64,000 nt of DNA, from NCBI RefSeq assembly GCF_030144855.1, contig NC_082736.1:6262001-6326000 (forward strand), given 5' to 3'. The notes beneath the pieces were generated by a model that did no database searches, was not told where the DNA came from, and was given only the letters and a program-made list of their open reading frames with translations. The DNA comes from Hypanus sabinus (lineage: Eukaryota). Made by a program: the position numbers and the translations under genes. Shown here in pieces: positions 11,335 to 23,309 of the stretch; the first letter of the stretch is position 1, and each line of letters begins with the position of its first letter.

Positions 11335-13072
11335 ACAAAGAGAAAATCGCAGGGGATGGAGATCCAAGCAACACAGAAAATGTTGGAGGAAATCAGCAGG
11401 CCAGGTAGCACCTGTGGGAAAAATAGAGTGGACGTTTCGGGCCGAGTCCCTTCATCCCGGCTGGAGAAAAAACGACGAGGAATCAGAGCCAGACGGTGGG
11501 CGGTGGGGGAGGAGGAAGAAACACGAGGTGACAGATGAAACCAGTGGGGGGGGGGGTGTCTGTTAATTAAAGACCTGAAACTTTGATTGGTGAAAGAGAT
11601 ACTGGGCTGGATAACAGGGAAGGGGAGAAGGCCATGGAAGAAAGAAAAGGGGGAGGAACACCAGAGGGAGGTGACGGACAGGTAATGGATAAGGCCAGAG
11701 GTGGAAAAGAGAATGGGGCTTCGTGTAGGAGGGGGCATTACCGGACGTTTGAGAAATCGATGTTCATGCCATCAGGTTGGAGGCTACCCAGATGGAATAT
11801 AATGTGTTGCTCTTCCACCCTGAGTGTAGCCTCATCGTGACAATACAGGAGACCTCGGGCTAATGGGCTATTTTGTCGGAATTGGAATGGGAAGTGGAAT
11901 TAAAATGGGTGGCCACTGGGAGATCTCGCTTGTTTTGGTGGACGGAGTGTAAGGTGCTCACTGAAGTGGACTCCTAATCTGTGGCGGGTCTCACCGATAT
12001 ACAGGAGGTCACACTGGACAAACTGGACAGGGTAGATGATCCTGAAAGACTCACAGCTGAGGTGTCCCCTTACTTGGAAGGATTTCTTGGGGCCCTGAAT
12101 GGTGATGAGGGCGGATGTGTAGGGGCACTTGTTTCACTTGCAAGGATGAGGGCCAGGAGAGAGATCAGTGGGAGGGACGAACACACATGGGATTCACATG
12201 GGATCCCTGCAGAAAGTAGACAGGGGAGGAAAAATGTGTTTCGTGGTGGGATCCCGCCGGAGATGGCGGAAGTTACCGAGAATTGTGTTCTGGAGGCGGA
12301 GGCTGGTGGGGGTGAGGAGGTAGGTGACCACAAGACAAACCCTCTCCTGGCGGAGGGTGCGAGGATGGGGTGAGGGCAGACGTGAGCAAAATGGGAGAGA
12401 TTCTGTTGAGGGCAGCTTTGATGGTGGAAGAAAGGAGGCCCCTTTCTTTGAAAAAAACACGATATCTCCTTTGCTCTTGAATGAACCTCCTGCGGACACG
12501 GAGGAATTGAGAGAAGGGACTGGCATTGTTACAAGTAACGGGGTCGGAAGAGGTGTAGTCCAGGTTGCTGTGGGAGTCTCTGTGGTTATAATAGGCATCA
12601 GGAGACAAGCTGTCTGCAGAGATAGAGACAGAGAGATCGAGAAAAGGGAGGGAGGTGTCCGATAGGGACCAGGTAAACTTTTGGGCTGGGTGGAAGTTAC
12701 AAGCAAAGCTGATGAAGTGGACAAGTTCCACACGGGTGCAGAAAGAACCGCAATGCTGCCGTTTATGTATGTGGTACAGGAAAAGTGAGGGAGCGATATC
12801 AGTGTTGGCTTGGAACAGAGACTGGTCCACGTAACCGACAAACAGGCAGGCACAGCTGGGACCCATGGCAGCGTCCGTGGCTACACCGTGTGTTTAAAGG
12901 AAGTGGGAGGACGTTCGGCCGGAAGGAGGTGAACGGTGGTAGAGGGGAGCTGGCTGGGTTTGTTATCCAGGTGGAAGCGGAGAGCTTTGAGACCTTCCTG
13001 GTGCGGGGGGTGTGGAGTTGCTGGACGTGTATTGGGTTTGGACATCCATAGTGAAAATAAGATGGTCGAGGA
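11335..13072 (-). mobile_element. Penelope-like retroelement, 5'-truncated (RT, GIY-YIG remnant, 3' UTR with dead hammerhead)
   Basis: MGPSCACLFVGYVDQSLF, SLPFLDLSVSI, SHSNLDYTSS, PFSQFLRVRR motifs; hammerhead relic at 11427-11462. Confidence 0.85.
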
Positions 13073-13726
13073 CCGATGTGGGATGAAACCAATTAGACTC
13101 CAACTGAATGACCAAATTAAATCAACACCAGGACGTTACACCCGGCAAGTCGGTTAGTTCCAAGGATGTCGCTCGAGGCAACGCACATTATGGACAAAGA
13201 GAAGCGGATCTTACACACTCATTGAACCATAGAACATTACAGCACAGAAACAGGCCTCTTGGCCCTTCGTGGATGTGCCGAAGCATTTTTCTGCCTCGTC
13301 CCACTGACCTGCAGCTGGGCCATATCTCTCCAAACCCCTCTCATCCATGTACCTGCCCAAGTTTTTCTTAAATGTCAAAGTGATCCCGCACCTTAACCCA
13401 TGACCTCTGTTTTTTTTTCTACACTGGCCTCAGTGGAAAAAGCCTGCTTGCATTCAGTCTATCTATACCCATCATTATTTTATACACCTCTATCAAATCT
13501 CCCCTCGTTCTCCTACGCTCCAGGGAATAAAGTCCTAACCTACTCAACATTTCTCTGTAACTCAGTTTCTCAAGTCCCGGTAACATCATTGTAAACTTTC
13601 TTTGCACTCTTTCAATCTTATTAATATCCTTCCTGTAATTAGATGACCAAAACTGCACACAATACTCCAAATACGGTTCCACCAATGTCTTAAACAACCT
13701 CACCATTACATTCCAACTCTTATACA

Positions 13727-14024
13727 TGTTACGTACCCCGTAACCGGGTGTCTTATCAGCAAAGATAGAAGTATCCATTGGAGTCTGGTGGTACTATTTT
13801 CAACAGTGTTTATTAGTAAAATATACAAATCAATATCAATGCAAATATACAGATAATACACATTAGCAATACTAAGTCTAAAAGTGTGGGTATAATAATA
13901 ATCAATAATAAACAAGCTCTATCATTGGCTAGGGGATAATGAATTGTCATATGTGAATATAAAGTTCAGTTTAGTTCATGCAGGCTCAGGTAGTTGTTGG
14001 TTGATGTGATGTGTTGGAATTGTT

Positions 14025-14061
<37 letters not shown>

Positions 14062-14671
14062 AAACAGTGACAGCTATTGTCTTGCAAACCTACCTTTACG
14101 ATCTTGATCCGTCGATGTGTTGTTGTGGCCATTCAGGTATGACCCCTCTGTCCTTTAGCTAGACCGTTCTTCCGTGGTGGACTCGTCACCCAGGCAAGGG
14201 TGCACACACACACAAGCCCGCACCGGCCTCACTATAAACACTGTGCGTTCAAATTGACCGATCGATCCTTCGTTCGGTCCCCGATGCCCCACACTTTCTC
14301 GTGGGTTTCTGATGCTCACTAGTGTGTCTCCTGGTGTGTCTGAGGGCTGTCTCCCCAGACCTCACTTTTCTCCCTACTCACAGGGTCTCAGGTGTCAATC
14401 AGTTTTGAATGGCTTAGTCCATCAAACCAGCCCACTCCGGCTGTCCACTGAGGAATTTTAATGAACAGAATAGTACCAAGTAAACAACCCTCTCCGGAGT
14501 CATAATATGGTGTCTCTTCCCTGGTGTTATCTCGCCCTTGTCTGTTTTGTTCCATCTGTTTCTCTCTCATTAACAGCTTGGCAACAGTAACAGTTTGTAA
14601 TTATCCCAAGGGAGGTGTCATGGGCAACCCCGCGCCCTTCTGCCCATCAGAGCTGTTCATCCTTCGTAACA
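13727..14671. mobile_element. solo LTR (945 bp)
   Basis: TGTTACG...CGTAACA inverted termini; 4-bp flank TACA/TACT; interrupts an otherwise contiguous CR1 reading frame. Confidence 0.85.
14027..14060. repeat. (AG)n microsatellite
   Basis: Perfect AG run inside the solo LTR. Confidence 0.97.
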
Positions 14672-15216
14672 TACTCAATACTTTGATTTATAAAGGCCAA
14701 TGTACCAAAAGCTCTCTTTACAGCTCGATCTACTTGTGACGCCACTTTTAGGGAATTCTGTATCTGTACTCCCAGATCCCCCTGTTCTACTGCACCCCTC
14801 GGTGTCCTACCATTTTCCTGACAGAAAAATATCATGCGCCCCAGGTATTCTCTGTTTTCCCTTCTTCTATCTAGCTGAAGGTACAAGCTCATGGGTAGCT
14901 TCAACTCCGCTGTTCTGTTGGCTGAATGGTGTCCGAGTACAATAAGATGGACCCTTGACCTCACAATCTACCCGTTATGATGCGACAGCTGATTATTTAC
15001 CTGCACTGTGCTTTCTCTGTCGCAGAGACATTGTATTCTGCATTCTGTTATTGCTTAACATTGTTTTGTCTCAATACACTGTGGAATGATTTGATCTCTC
15101 GGAGAGAGCGAAGCTTGTACAACAAACACTTTAAATGCCCCTGAACGTGGTGAGGCAGTAGCAGGAAGGCCAATGTGTTTCCCAGCAACGCACAGCTTAA
15201 GCCGCTGAACCACCAT

Positions 15217-15290
15217 CGTCCCTGGGTGGGCTCGAACCACGAACCTTTCGGTTAACAGCCGAACGCGCTGACCGATTGCGCCACAGAGAC
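15217..15290 (-). tRNA. tRNA-Asn (GTT), possibly weakened
   Basis: GTCTCTGTGGCGCAATCGGTCAGCGCGTTCGGCTGTTAACCGAAAGGTTCGTGGTTCGAGCCCACCCAGGGACG; near-identical to vertebrate tRNA-Asn, with a C:C mismatch at the base of the T stem. Confidence 0.9.
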
Positions 15291-15429
15291 AATCCGTAAA
15301 AGGCTTCAATAAATGGTCCACTCCAGCTTTGCAAGATGGTGACTAACAATTGATGCTGTGACCCGGCTTTTCACGGTCTACATGAATGGTTTGTACCAGA
15401 GGGTGACGGACTACATAAAACTGAAAACT

Positions 15430-17500
15430 CTGAAACCACATATGTTTTGAGAGGCAGGTTTTGAAGCATATCAGCTCTTGTCTGAATGGTGACTTGGATC
15501 CTCTCTAATTCACCTACTGAAGCAACAGCAGATGTGTCTCGTTGGCTCTTTACACAACTCTGGAACATCTGGACAGCAAAGAAGCAAACATCTGGATGAA
15601 CTTTATTGACTACAGCTCAGCATTTAACACCATCATCCCCTCAAAACTAATCAGCACACTGCAAGACATGGGCTTCAATACCAACCTGTGCGATTGGTTC
15701 CTGGATTTCCTCAGTTGCAAACCGCTGTCAGATCGGATTGGCAAAAACATCTCCTCCACAATCTCTGTCAGCACAGGAGCACCACAGGGACGTGAGCTTA
15801 GCCACCAGCTCCACTCACTTTCGACCTATGTCTGTGTGGCTAAGTACAGCTCCAACACCATATACAAGTTTACAAACATGGGGGATCTCCCAGTGGCCAC
15901 ACGTTTTAATTCCATATCCCATTCCCATTCTGATATGTTAATCTATGGCCTCCTCTACTGTCGAGATGAAGCCACATTCAGGTTGGAGGAACAACACCTT
16001 ATATTCTGTCTGGGTAACCTCCAACCTGATGGCACAAACACTGATTTTTCTAACTTTCATTAGTGCCCCTCCTCCGCTTCTTACCTCATCACCTATTTAT
16101 TTATTTATTTATTTATTGTTTGCTTATTCATCCGTCCATCCATCCACTTATTTATATATTTATTATTTATTTTCGCCCTTTTCCCTCTTTTTTCCTTTTT
16201 TTCTCTCTCTCTGTCCCTTTCACAATCACTCCTTGCCTGCTGTCCAGCTCCCTCTGGTGCTCCCCTACCCCTTTCTTTCCCTCAGCCTCCCCTCCCATGA
16301 TGCTTTCCCTTCTCCAGCTGTGTATCCCTTTTGCCAATTAATTTTCCAGCTCTTAGCTTCATCCCTCCCTCTCCAGCCTTCTCCTATCATTTCGGATCTC
16401 CCCCTCTCCCTCCCACTTTCAAATCTCCTACTATCTCTTCTTTCAGTTAGACCTGACGAATGGTCTCAGTCCGAAACGGCGACTGTACTTCTTCCTATAG
16501 ATGTTGTCTGGCCTGCTGCGTTCACCAGCATTTTGTCTGTGTTACAAGTTTACTGATTACACTACTGTTGTGAGCTGTAACAAAGGGAGTTATGAATTAT
16601 CATACAGGAGGGAGATCGAAATTTGGCGGATTGACATAATAACAACAACCACTTACTCAATGACAGTAAACCAAGGGACTGATTGTGGACTTTAGGAGAG
16701 GAAACGGGAGATACGGGAGCCAGTACTCAAAGGACGAACTGAGTTGGAGAGAGTCGGTAACTTTAAATTCCTGACCTGTCCTGGACCTTATACAATGAAA
16801 GCACAACAGCACCTGTACTTGCTCAGGACTCTGCGGAGGTTCAGCACGTCATTGAAAACCTTGGCAAGCTTCTATAAATGTGTGGTGGAAAGTGTGCTGA
16901 CTGGCTGTAATACAGCCTGGGAAAGGAACATAGTGGAACATATGGAACAGATAGGAACATAGGCCGTTGATTGGAGAATACCATAATGGTAGTGGATTCA
17001 GCCCAGGTATATCACAGTTAAAACATTCATTACCACTGAGCACTTCCACATGAAATATTGCTGTAGGAAAGCAACATAAATCATCAAAGATCCTCACCAC
17101 CCAGACAGTGCACTTTTCTCACTGCAACCATCAGGTAGAAGGTACAGGTACCTCAGGACTCGCAGCCCCAGGTTCAAGAACAGTTACTACCCCTCAACCA
17201 TCAGGGGCTTGAACAAAAGCGGATAGTTACATTCATTTCAGGATTGGGTTATATCGTTAATTCATGCTCGATATTTATTGCTATTTATTTTTCTGCATTT
17301 GCACAGTTTGATAACAGTTTATAGTTCCTCATATTTACAGTTCACAGTTACTGTTCTATAGTTTTGCTCAGAATACCCGCAGAAAAAGAAACTCAGCGTT
17401 GTATCTGGTGACACGTCTGTATTGTGAGAATACATTTTACTTTGTACTTTGGACTATATGGTGACATATGCGTATTGTGATAACAACTTACTTTGGATTA
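15430..17500 (+). mobile_element. Rex1/Babar-like non-LTR retrotransposon 3' half
   Basis: FIDYSSAFNTIIPSKL, STGAPQG, KAQQHLYLLRTLRRF, FYKCVVESVLTGC; duplicated 3' tail at ~17400-17500. Confidence 0.8.
15874..16542 (+). mobile_element. Penelope-like 3' fragment with mutated hammerhead
   Basis: GIY-YIG C-terminus RLEEQHLIFCLGNLQPDG; 11-bp TSD TACAAGTTTAC (15863-15873, 16543-16553); CTGACGA...GAAAC at 16453-16477. Confidence 0.85.
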
Positions 17501-17769
17501 AAATTTTGGCTTTGCGATATTTTTCCCTAACTTTCTTTTTTCATGAAATGTGATCTTGTTCCAAAGTTTTTTACCCAAAATTATAAAAGATTATCGAAAC
17601 CAAAATATACAAAATACAAACATTAAGTATTTATAAGACCGAAGATAAATTACAATATGAATATTACTGTCTATAACACACTGAATTCCCGAGGGAGGGA
17701 GAGGGGTCACCATTCACCGAAATCCCCCACTATTCCCACTCTGTTTACAATTCTCACAAGTTTTTCAGC

Positions 17770-18011
17770 GGCTCCACTGATTGACAGCTCCCTCTGCCCC
17801 GCCCCCGGGCTGGTGACTTACGTCACGTGACAACACGGTACGGCTGGCACGTGACGAGCTGACGTCACAGAGGTTTTACCGAAGTCGTTGCCAGGGGAAC
17901 GGTCCGGAATGGCGGTCACTGGGCTGCGGTTAAGTGGAGTCGATCTTGTTCGGGATTCGGTCTCCACTGTGGGAATCGGCCTCTCCTCTTCCTGCCCCCG
18001 GAACAGTGAGT
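17770..18011 (+). promoter_or_regulatory. CpG-rich promoter and candidate non-coding first exon
   Basis: GC box 17797-17805, GTCACGTGAC 17822-17831, CACGTG 17848-17853, CRE TGACGTCA 17860-17867, X-box-like GTTGCCAGGGGAAC 17887-17900, YY1-like AATGGCGG 17908-17915, donor CA|GTGAGT 18006-18011. Confidence 0.65.
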
Positions 18012-18313
18012 GTCTGTCAGCGCCTCACCGCACCGGCTCTCTGCCTCAGGTACAATATTTAAACCATATTTGCACAGTTACATGGATAGGAAAGGTTGAG
18101 AGGGACACGGGCCTAATGCAGGCGGATGGGACGAGTTCAGGTCGACAACTTGGTCGGCGTGGATGAGTTTTACCGAAGGGACGGTTTCAGTTCTGTATAA
18201 ATCACTGACTCTATTTTGGGAGGTTAATTCCGGATGTTAGCTATTCTCTGTGTGAAATAGTTACCCCTCAGATCCCCTTTAAATGTGTCTTTTACAGTTC
18301 TGTACAATTCTAA

Positions 18314-19524
18314 CAGACAATAGACAATAGGTGCAGAAGTAGACCATTCGGCCCTTCCAGCCTGCAGGGCCATATTGAGATCGTGGTTGATCATCTACTA
18401 TCAATACCCGGTTCCATCCTTGTCCCCATATCCCTTGTTTCCCCTATCCATAAGATACCTATCTAGCTCCTTCTTGAAAGCATCCAGAGAATTGGCCTCC
18501 ACTGCCTTCCGAGGCAGTGTATTGCAGACCCTCACAACTCTCTGGGAGAAGAAGTTTTTCCTTAACTCTGCCCTAAATGACCTACCCCTTATTCTCAAAC
18601 CATGCCCTCTGGTACTGGACTCTCCCAGCATCTGGAACATATTTCCTGCCTCTATCTTGTCCAATCCCTTAATAATCTTACATGTTGCAATCAGATCCCC
18701 TCTCAATCTCCTTAATTCCAGCATGTACAAGCCCAGTCTCTCTGAGCTCTCTGTGTCAGACAGTCCGGACATCCCAGGAATTAACCTCATGAATCTACGC
18801 TGCACTTCCTCCACAGCCAGGGTGTCCTTCCTTAACTCCTGGAGACCGGATCTGTACACAATACTCCAGGTGTGGTCTCACCAGGGCTCTGTACAAATGC
18901 AAGAGGATTTCCTCGCTCTTGTACTCAATTCCCTTTGTAATAAAGGCCAACATTTCATTAGCCTTCTTCACTGCCTGCTGCCCTTGCTCATTCACCTTCA
19001 GTGACTGATGAACAAGGACTCCTAGATCTCTTTGTATTTCTCCCTTGACTAACTGTACACCGTTCAGATAATAATTTGCCTTCCTGTTCTTACTCCCAAA
19101 GTGGATAACCTCACACTTATTCACATTAAACGTCATCTGCCAAGTATCTGCGCACTCTCCCAGCCTATCCAAGTCACCCTGAATTCTCCTAACATCCTTA
19201 TCACATGTAACACTGCCATCCAGCTTAGTATCATCAGCAAATTTGTTGATGTTATTCTCAATGCCTTCATCCAAATCGTTGATGTAAATCGTAAACAGCT
19301 GTGGTCCCAATACCGAGCCCTGTGGCACCCCACCAGTCACCATTCCGAGAAACACCCATTCACCGTTACCCTTTGCCTTCTATCTGCCAACCAGTTGTCT
19401 ATCCGTGTCAATGTCTTACCCCCCAATGCCATTAGCTCTGATTTTACCCACCAATCTCCTATGTGGGACCCTATCAAATGCTTTCTGAAAATTGAGGTAC
19501 GCTACATCCACTGGATCTCCCTTG
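18314..19524 (-). mobile_element. young CR1 LINE, 5'-truncated
   Basis: GVPQGSVLGPQLFTIYINDLD, KFADDTKL, RLRGDLI; (CTATTGT)n tail; TCTAA on both flanks; empty site at 53834-53838 in the paralogous arm. Confidence 0.95.
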
Positions 19525-22500
19525 TCTAAAGAGAGGCAGTTCTTTGGCTGATAAGGCAAGTAGAACACACAGCCCTGTCTCTCTGTGATGCCACATACAG
19601 GGAACTGTGTAACAATATTAGAGACACATGCACAGGTACTTCAGTGAGCAAGGCCCGGAGGATATGAAACTAATGCAGGAAAGTGGGATTAGTATAGCTG
19701 TGCATGATGGGGAGCATAAATGTGATGGGCCAGAGGGTCTGTTTCTATCCTGGCCAACCCTGGCAACAGCAGTCCTCCACTGCAGTGGGGTTTGTTACCT
19801 TCATTCTCAGCTGTGAGCTTGTTCCACTGAACCCCTTATCCCTTATCACCCTTCCATTGTGACCAAGCTGTCCGCCATCTCTCCTGCTATTAACTAGTGT
19901 TCCTCACCGAATTCCCATTTAAAAGTACTGTTACTGGTGCCTGGGGAATGGGTGCATTTTGGTAGCCTTTTGAGGTGTTTGATTCACTATTAACCCTAAT
20001 GCATTAATACCTTTGTCCAACAAAAATCCATTGTCCTGGGTTCTGAGTATTTCAGGTAAATCCATCCTGAAGTTCTGTGTTCCAGATTCCCACTGAACTT
20101 TCACAGTCAGTGGTTTCTGCATGTCTATAGTGACCATCGAAAATCTCTCTCCACTAACTCAGCACTTTGTCTGTCTCCTACCCTGTCCTGGTGATTCAAA
20201 TGTTCAGCCAGATGTTCCTTAAATACCAGCCTGCATCTCTCCCTCAGGCAGTGTGTTCCAGATTGTAACCAACTTCATTTTGCAAGCTGGTTCACTTCCC
20301 ACTTCAAGATTTGCTAGCCACCTTTGCTGTCCATCATACCCCTAATCTTGGTGTCATCTGCAAACTTGCTGATGCAGTTTACCACATTCTCATCCTGATA
20401 GTTTATACAGATTGAAAACAACAACGGACCCAGCACCGGGACGTTAAACCAGGGCAGGATGAACACGGTAATGACAGGCTCCTGGGCTCTGTTCATCAAC
20501 ATTGTTTTTTTTCTCTCCACCACCTCCTCTGGCAGCTCATTCGGGATACCAGCTATTCTCTGTGTCAAATATTTACCCTTCAGATCCTCTTTAAACTACC
20601 CCCCGTCACCTTACAACTATAGCTTCAGACAGCCACACCATGGGAAACAGCCTCTGACTCTCTCACCTTTGTATGCCTGACGTAATTTTATCCACCTCCA
20701 TCAACTCACCCTTCAGATTCCCTTTCAACCTCCACCCTGTCATGTCTTAGTTTCTGTCCGATTTCTCTAAATTCACTGCACAGGACACAACCCTCGTATC
20801 CCTACGTTGCCATTACCAACATGCACCATCCACCACGATGTCCGGCTGTCCTGTCTGCTGCACCATTCTGCCAGGAGTAAGAGATCATGACAGATCTCTT
20901 AACCCTCTCAAACACTGTTATCCCACCCCCCCCCCCCCACACACAATCGAGAACCTCCACATTAAATATACCCAATGAATTGGTCACATCCGTCTGTGGG
21001 GATGAATTCAGAGTCAGGACCAGAATCAGGTTTATTACCACCGGCAGGTGTCAGGAAATTTGTTAATTTAGCAGCAGCAGTTCAATGCAGGACATGCTAA
21101 TATAGAAAGATGGTTGCTGTTGGAATAGATTGGCTTGGGGTGACTTGGGTCCACAATGACCCTTCGGACCCTTTTCTCACACCTGTCTTTGAAACTGTCC
21201 TGAATGATGGGAAGTTCACAACTACAGATGCGCTGGGCTGTCCGCAACACACTCTGCAGAGTCCTGCGATTGAGGGAAGTACAGTTCCCATACTAGGCAG
21301 TGATGCAGCCAGTCGGGATGCTCCCAGTTGTGCCCCTGTAGAAAGTTCTTAGGATTTGGGAGCCCATAGCAAACTTCCTCATTCGTCTGCTGTGAACGAG
21401 GCGCTGTTGTGCCTTTTCCGCCACTCAGCAGGTACATACAGACCACGTGAGATCCTCGGGTATGTTGATGTCGAGGAATTTAAAACTGTTTACCCTCTCA
21501 ACCCCAGATCCATTGATGTCCATAGGGGTTAGCTCATCTCCATGAATCTACACAATCTGTGTGGATTATCACTAATCCGCACAGATTGTGGTTTCCTGGT
21601 TAGGAAGTCAAGGATCCATTTGCAGAGGGACCAGGTTCCGTAGCTTATTGATCAGGACTGTGGAAATGACGGTGTTAAATGCTGATCTCTTGTCACTGAA
21701 CAACATCCTGACATAGGCAGCACAGATTCACTATCTTTTTCCAAGGAATTTGCTCCTTACCTTTGTTCTAACCACTGACTCAAATGGCAAGTTTATCTTT
21801 AGGAAATCCTTCACATCTGAGACGAACCTGACCCCAGTAGCCAGAAGACAACAGACCATCGTGTCATCTCTGTGGCTGCCACAGAATCTCCTGAACATCC
21901 CCTGTACTGTGAGTCTGCTGTCATCACTGCTCTGCTTGACCATTCCTCCCGCGGAGCATCGGTCTGGGGTCTCAGTACCACCGACCTGGCGAGCTGCTGT
22001 CTCTGGTTTGTCATCCCAGGGGTATCCAAAGGAGTGTACTTGTTGCTGAGGGTCACGGCCACAGGGAGACATTCCTCTGTCTGTCTCTTCCCCTTTCCGT
22101 CGTGATGGTCACACAACAGTCTGCATCCTGACCTCAAGTGTGACCAACTCACTGAATCTCTGGTCTCAGCATCCTGGAAACTCTCGGTCTGTCCATCTCC
22201 ATCTTCATTTCCTTCACACGGTCAGTCAGGAGCTGCACTTCCCTCATGTGAAGTTATCGGGGACACTGAGTGACTCCCACATCCTGAGGTGGAGCATGTC
22301 ACTGCCGTAACTGTAATTCCAGCCACTCTGATGGGGAGAGGAATTCCAAGGAAATCCTCTGACATTTGACTTCCCAGAGTACACCGACTTATCTCTCATT
22401 TCTCTTCCCACATTTCCAGCCGGTCTACGTTCTGCTGAATCCTTTGGCAACTTCCCTCACGATCCATAACTGCACCAGTTTCTGTGTCTCTGCAGACCAA

Positions 22501-23309
22501 CAAATCAGTCCTCCTTCATTTTCATCCAAATCATTTCACAAAGAGTAGAATTCCTTGTGGGCCCCACTGTTCACAGTTGTCCAGTCAGAATCACACCCCT
22601 CAACCATTACCTTCTGTGTTCTCTGATTGAGTACATTTTGAATATACTCTACCAAATTTCTTTTGAGCGATGTGCTTCCATGCTGTGGATCAGCCCACCA
22701 TGGGGACTCTTGTTGAAAGGTTTACCAAAGTCCTTGTGTCCTATACCCACTACCCAGCTCTCATCAGTCGAGTCTGATACTTAAAACATTCGGCCAAGTT
22801 TGCAAGAGTTGACGTTGCCCATGCAAAGCGATATTGGCTACTCTGAAATTGTTTATGCTTTTTCAGATGCAAGCTGATCCTATCATTAAATATCTTTTGT
22901 CCCTGGCCTCGGGCAAAACAACCTGACCTTTTCATTCTGGCCCTGCGTCTAAATCGTCGTCCAAACATTGGTTTCAGGCGCTTTGATACGATCTGGGGCC
23001 TGGTACCCACCACCTCGATTTGGCCTGTACCTGACTTTGCCATTTCAGCCTGTTGTTTAAACCAACCGTACTTTGGGTCTTCCTCACATTGGTTCTGCCA
23101 CATCAAATTGCGACCAAGTTGATAGGAAAGTTACAGTCTATTTGTTTACTAGAAAAAGAGATTCACTGGTGTCACTTTAAACCAGAACCAGTGGAGATAA
23201 CTCTATTTAACTTCACTTAACTCACCACTGAACTGTTTCCCACAATCTATCACTTCACTTTCAAGTATCCTGCATGTCATGTTCTCTATTTATTTAATTA
23301 TGACTATAT

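Larger units (their letters stand above)
13226..14815 (-). mobile_element. CR1 LINE 3' fragment split by a solo LTR
   Basis: LEYCVQFWS, IERVQRKFT, LGLYSLERRRTRGDLIEVYKIM; resumes after the LTR with DLGVQIQNSLKVASQVDR. Confidence 0.9.
17485..22898 (+). repeat. segmental duplication, left arm (inverted copy at 48047-54781)
   Basis: Collinear reverse-complement match across unrelated TE fragments, their junctions and non-TE promoter sequence. Confidence 0.93.

Noticed and set aside
15945-16556. 203-aa hydrophobic membrane-protein-like ORF
   Set aside because: Translation of the pyrimidine-rich Penelope 3' UTR and (TTTA)n
17888-18166. Conserved small protein (near-identical ORF at 54081-54314)
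   Set aside because: Non-ATG start; runs through a splice donor into CR1-tail sequence; identity is explained by DNA duplication
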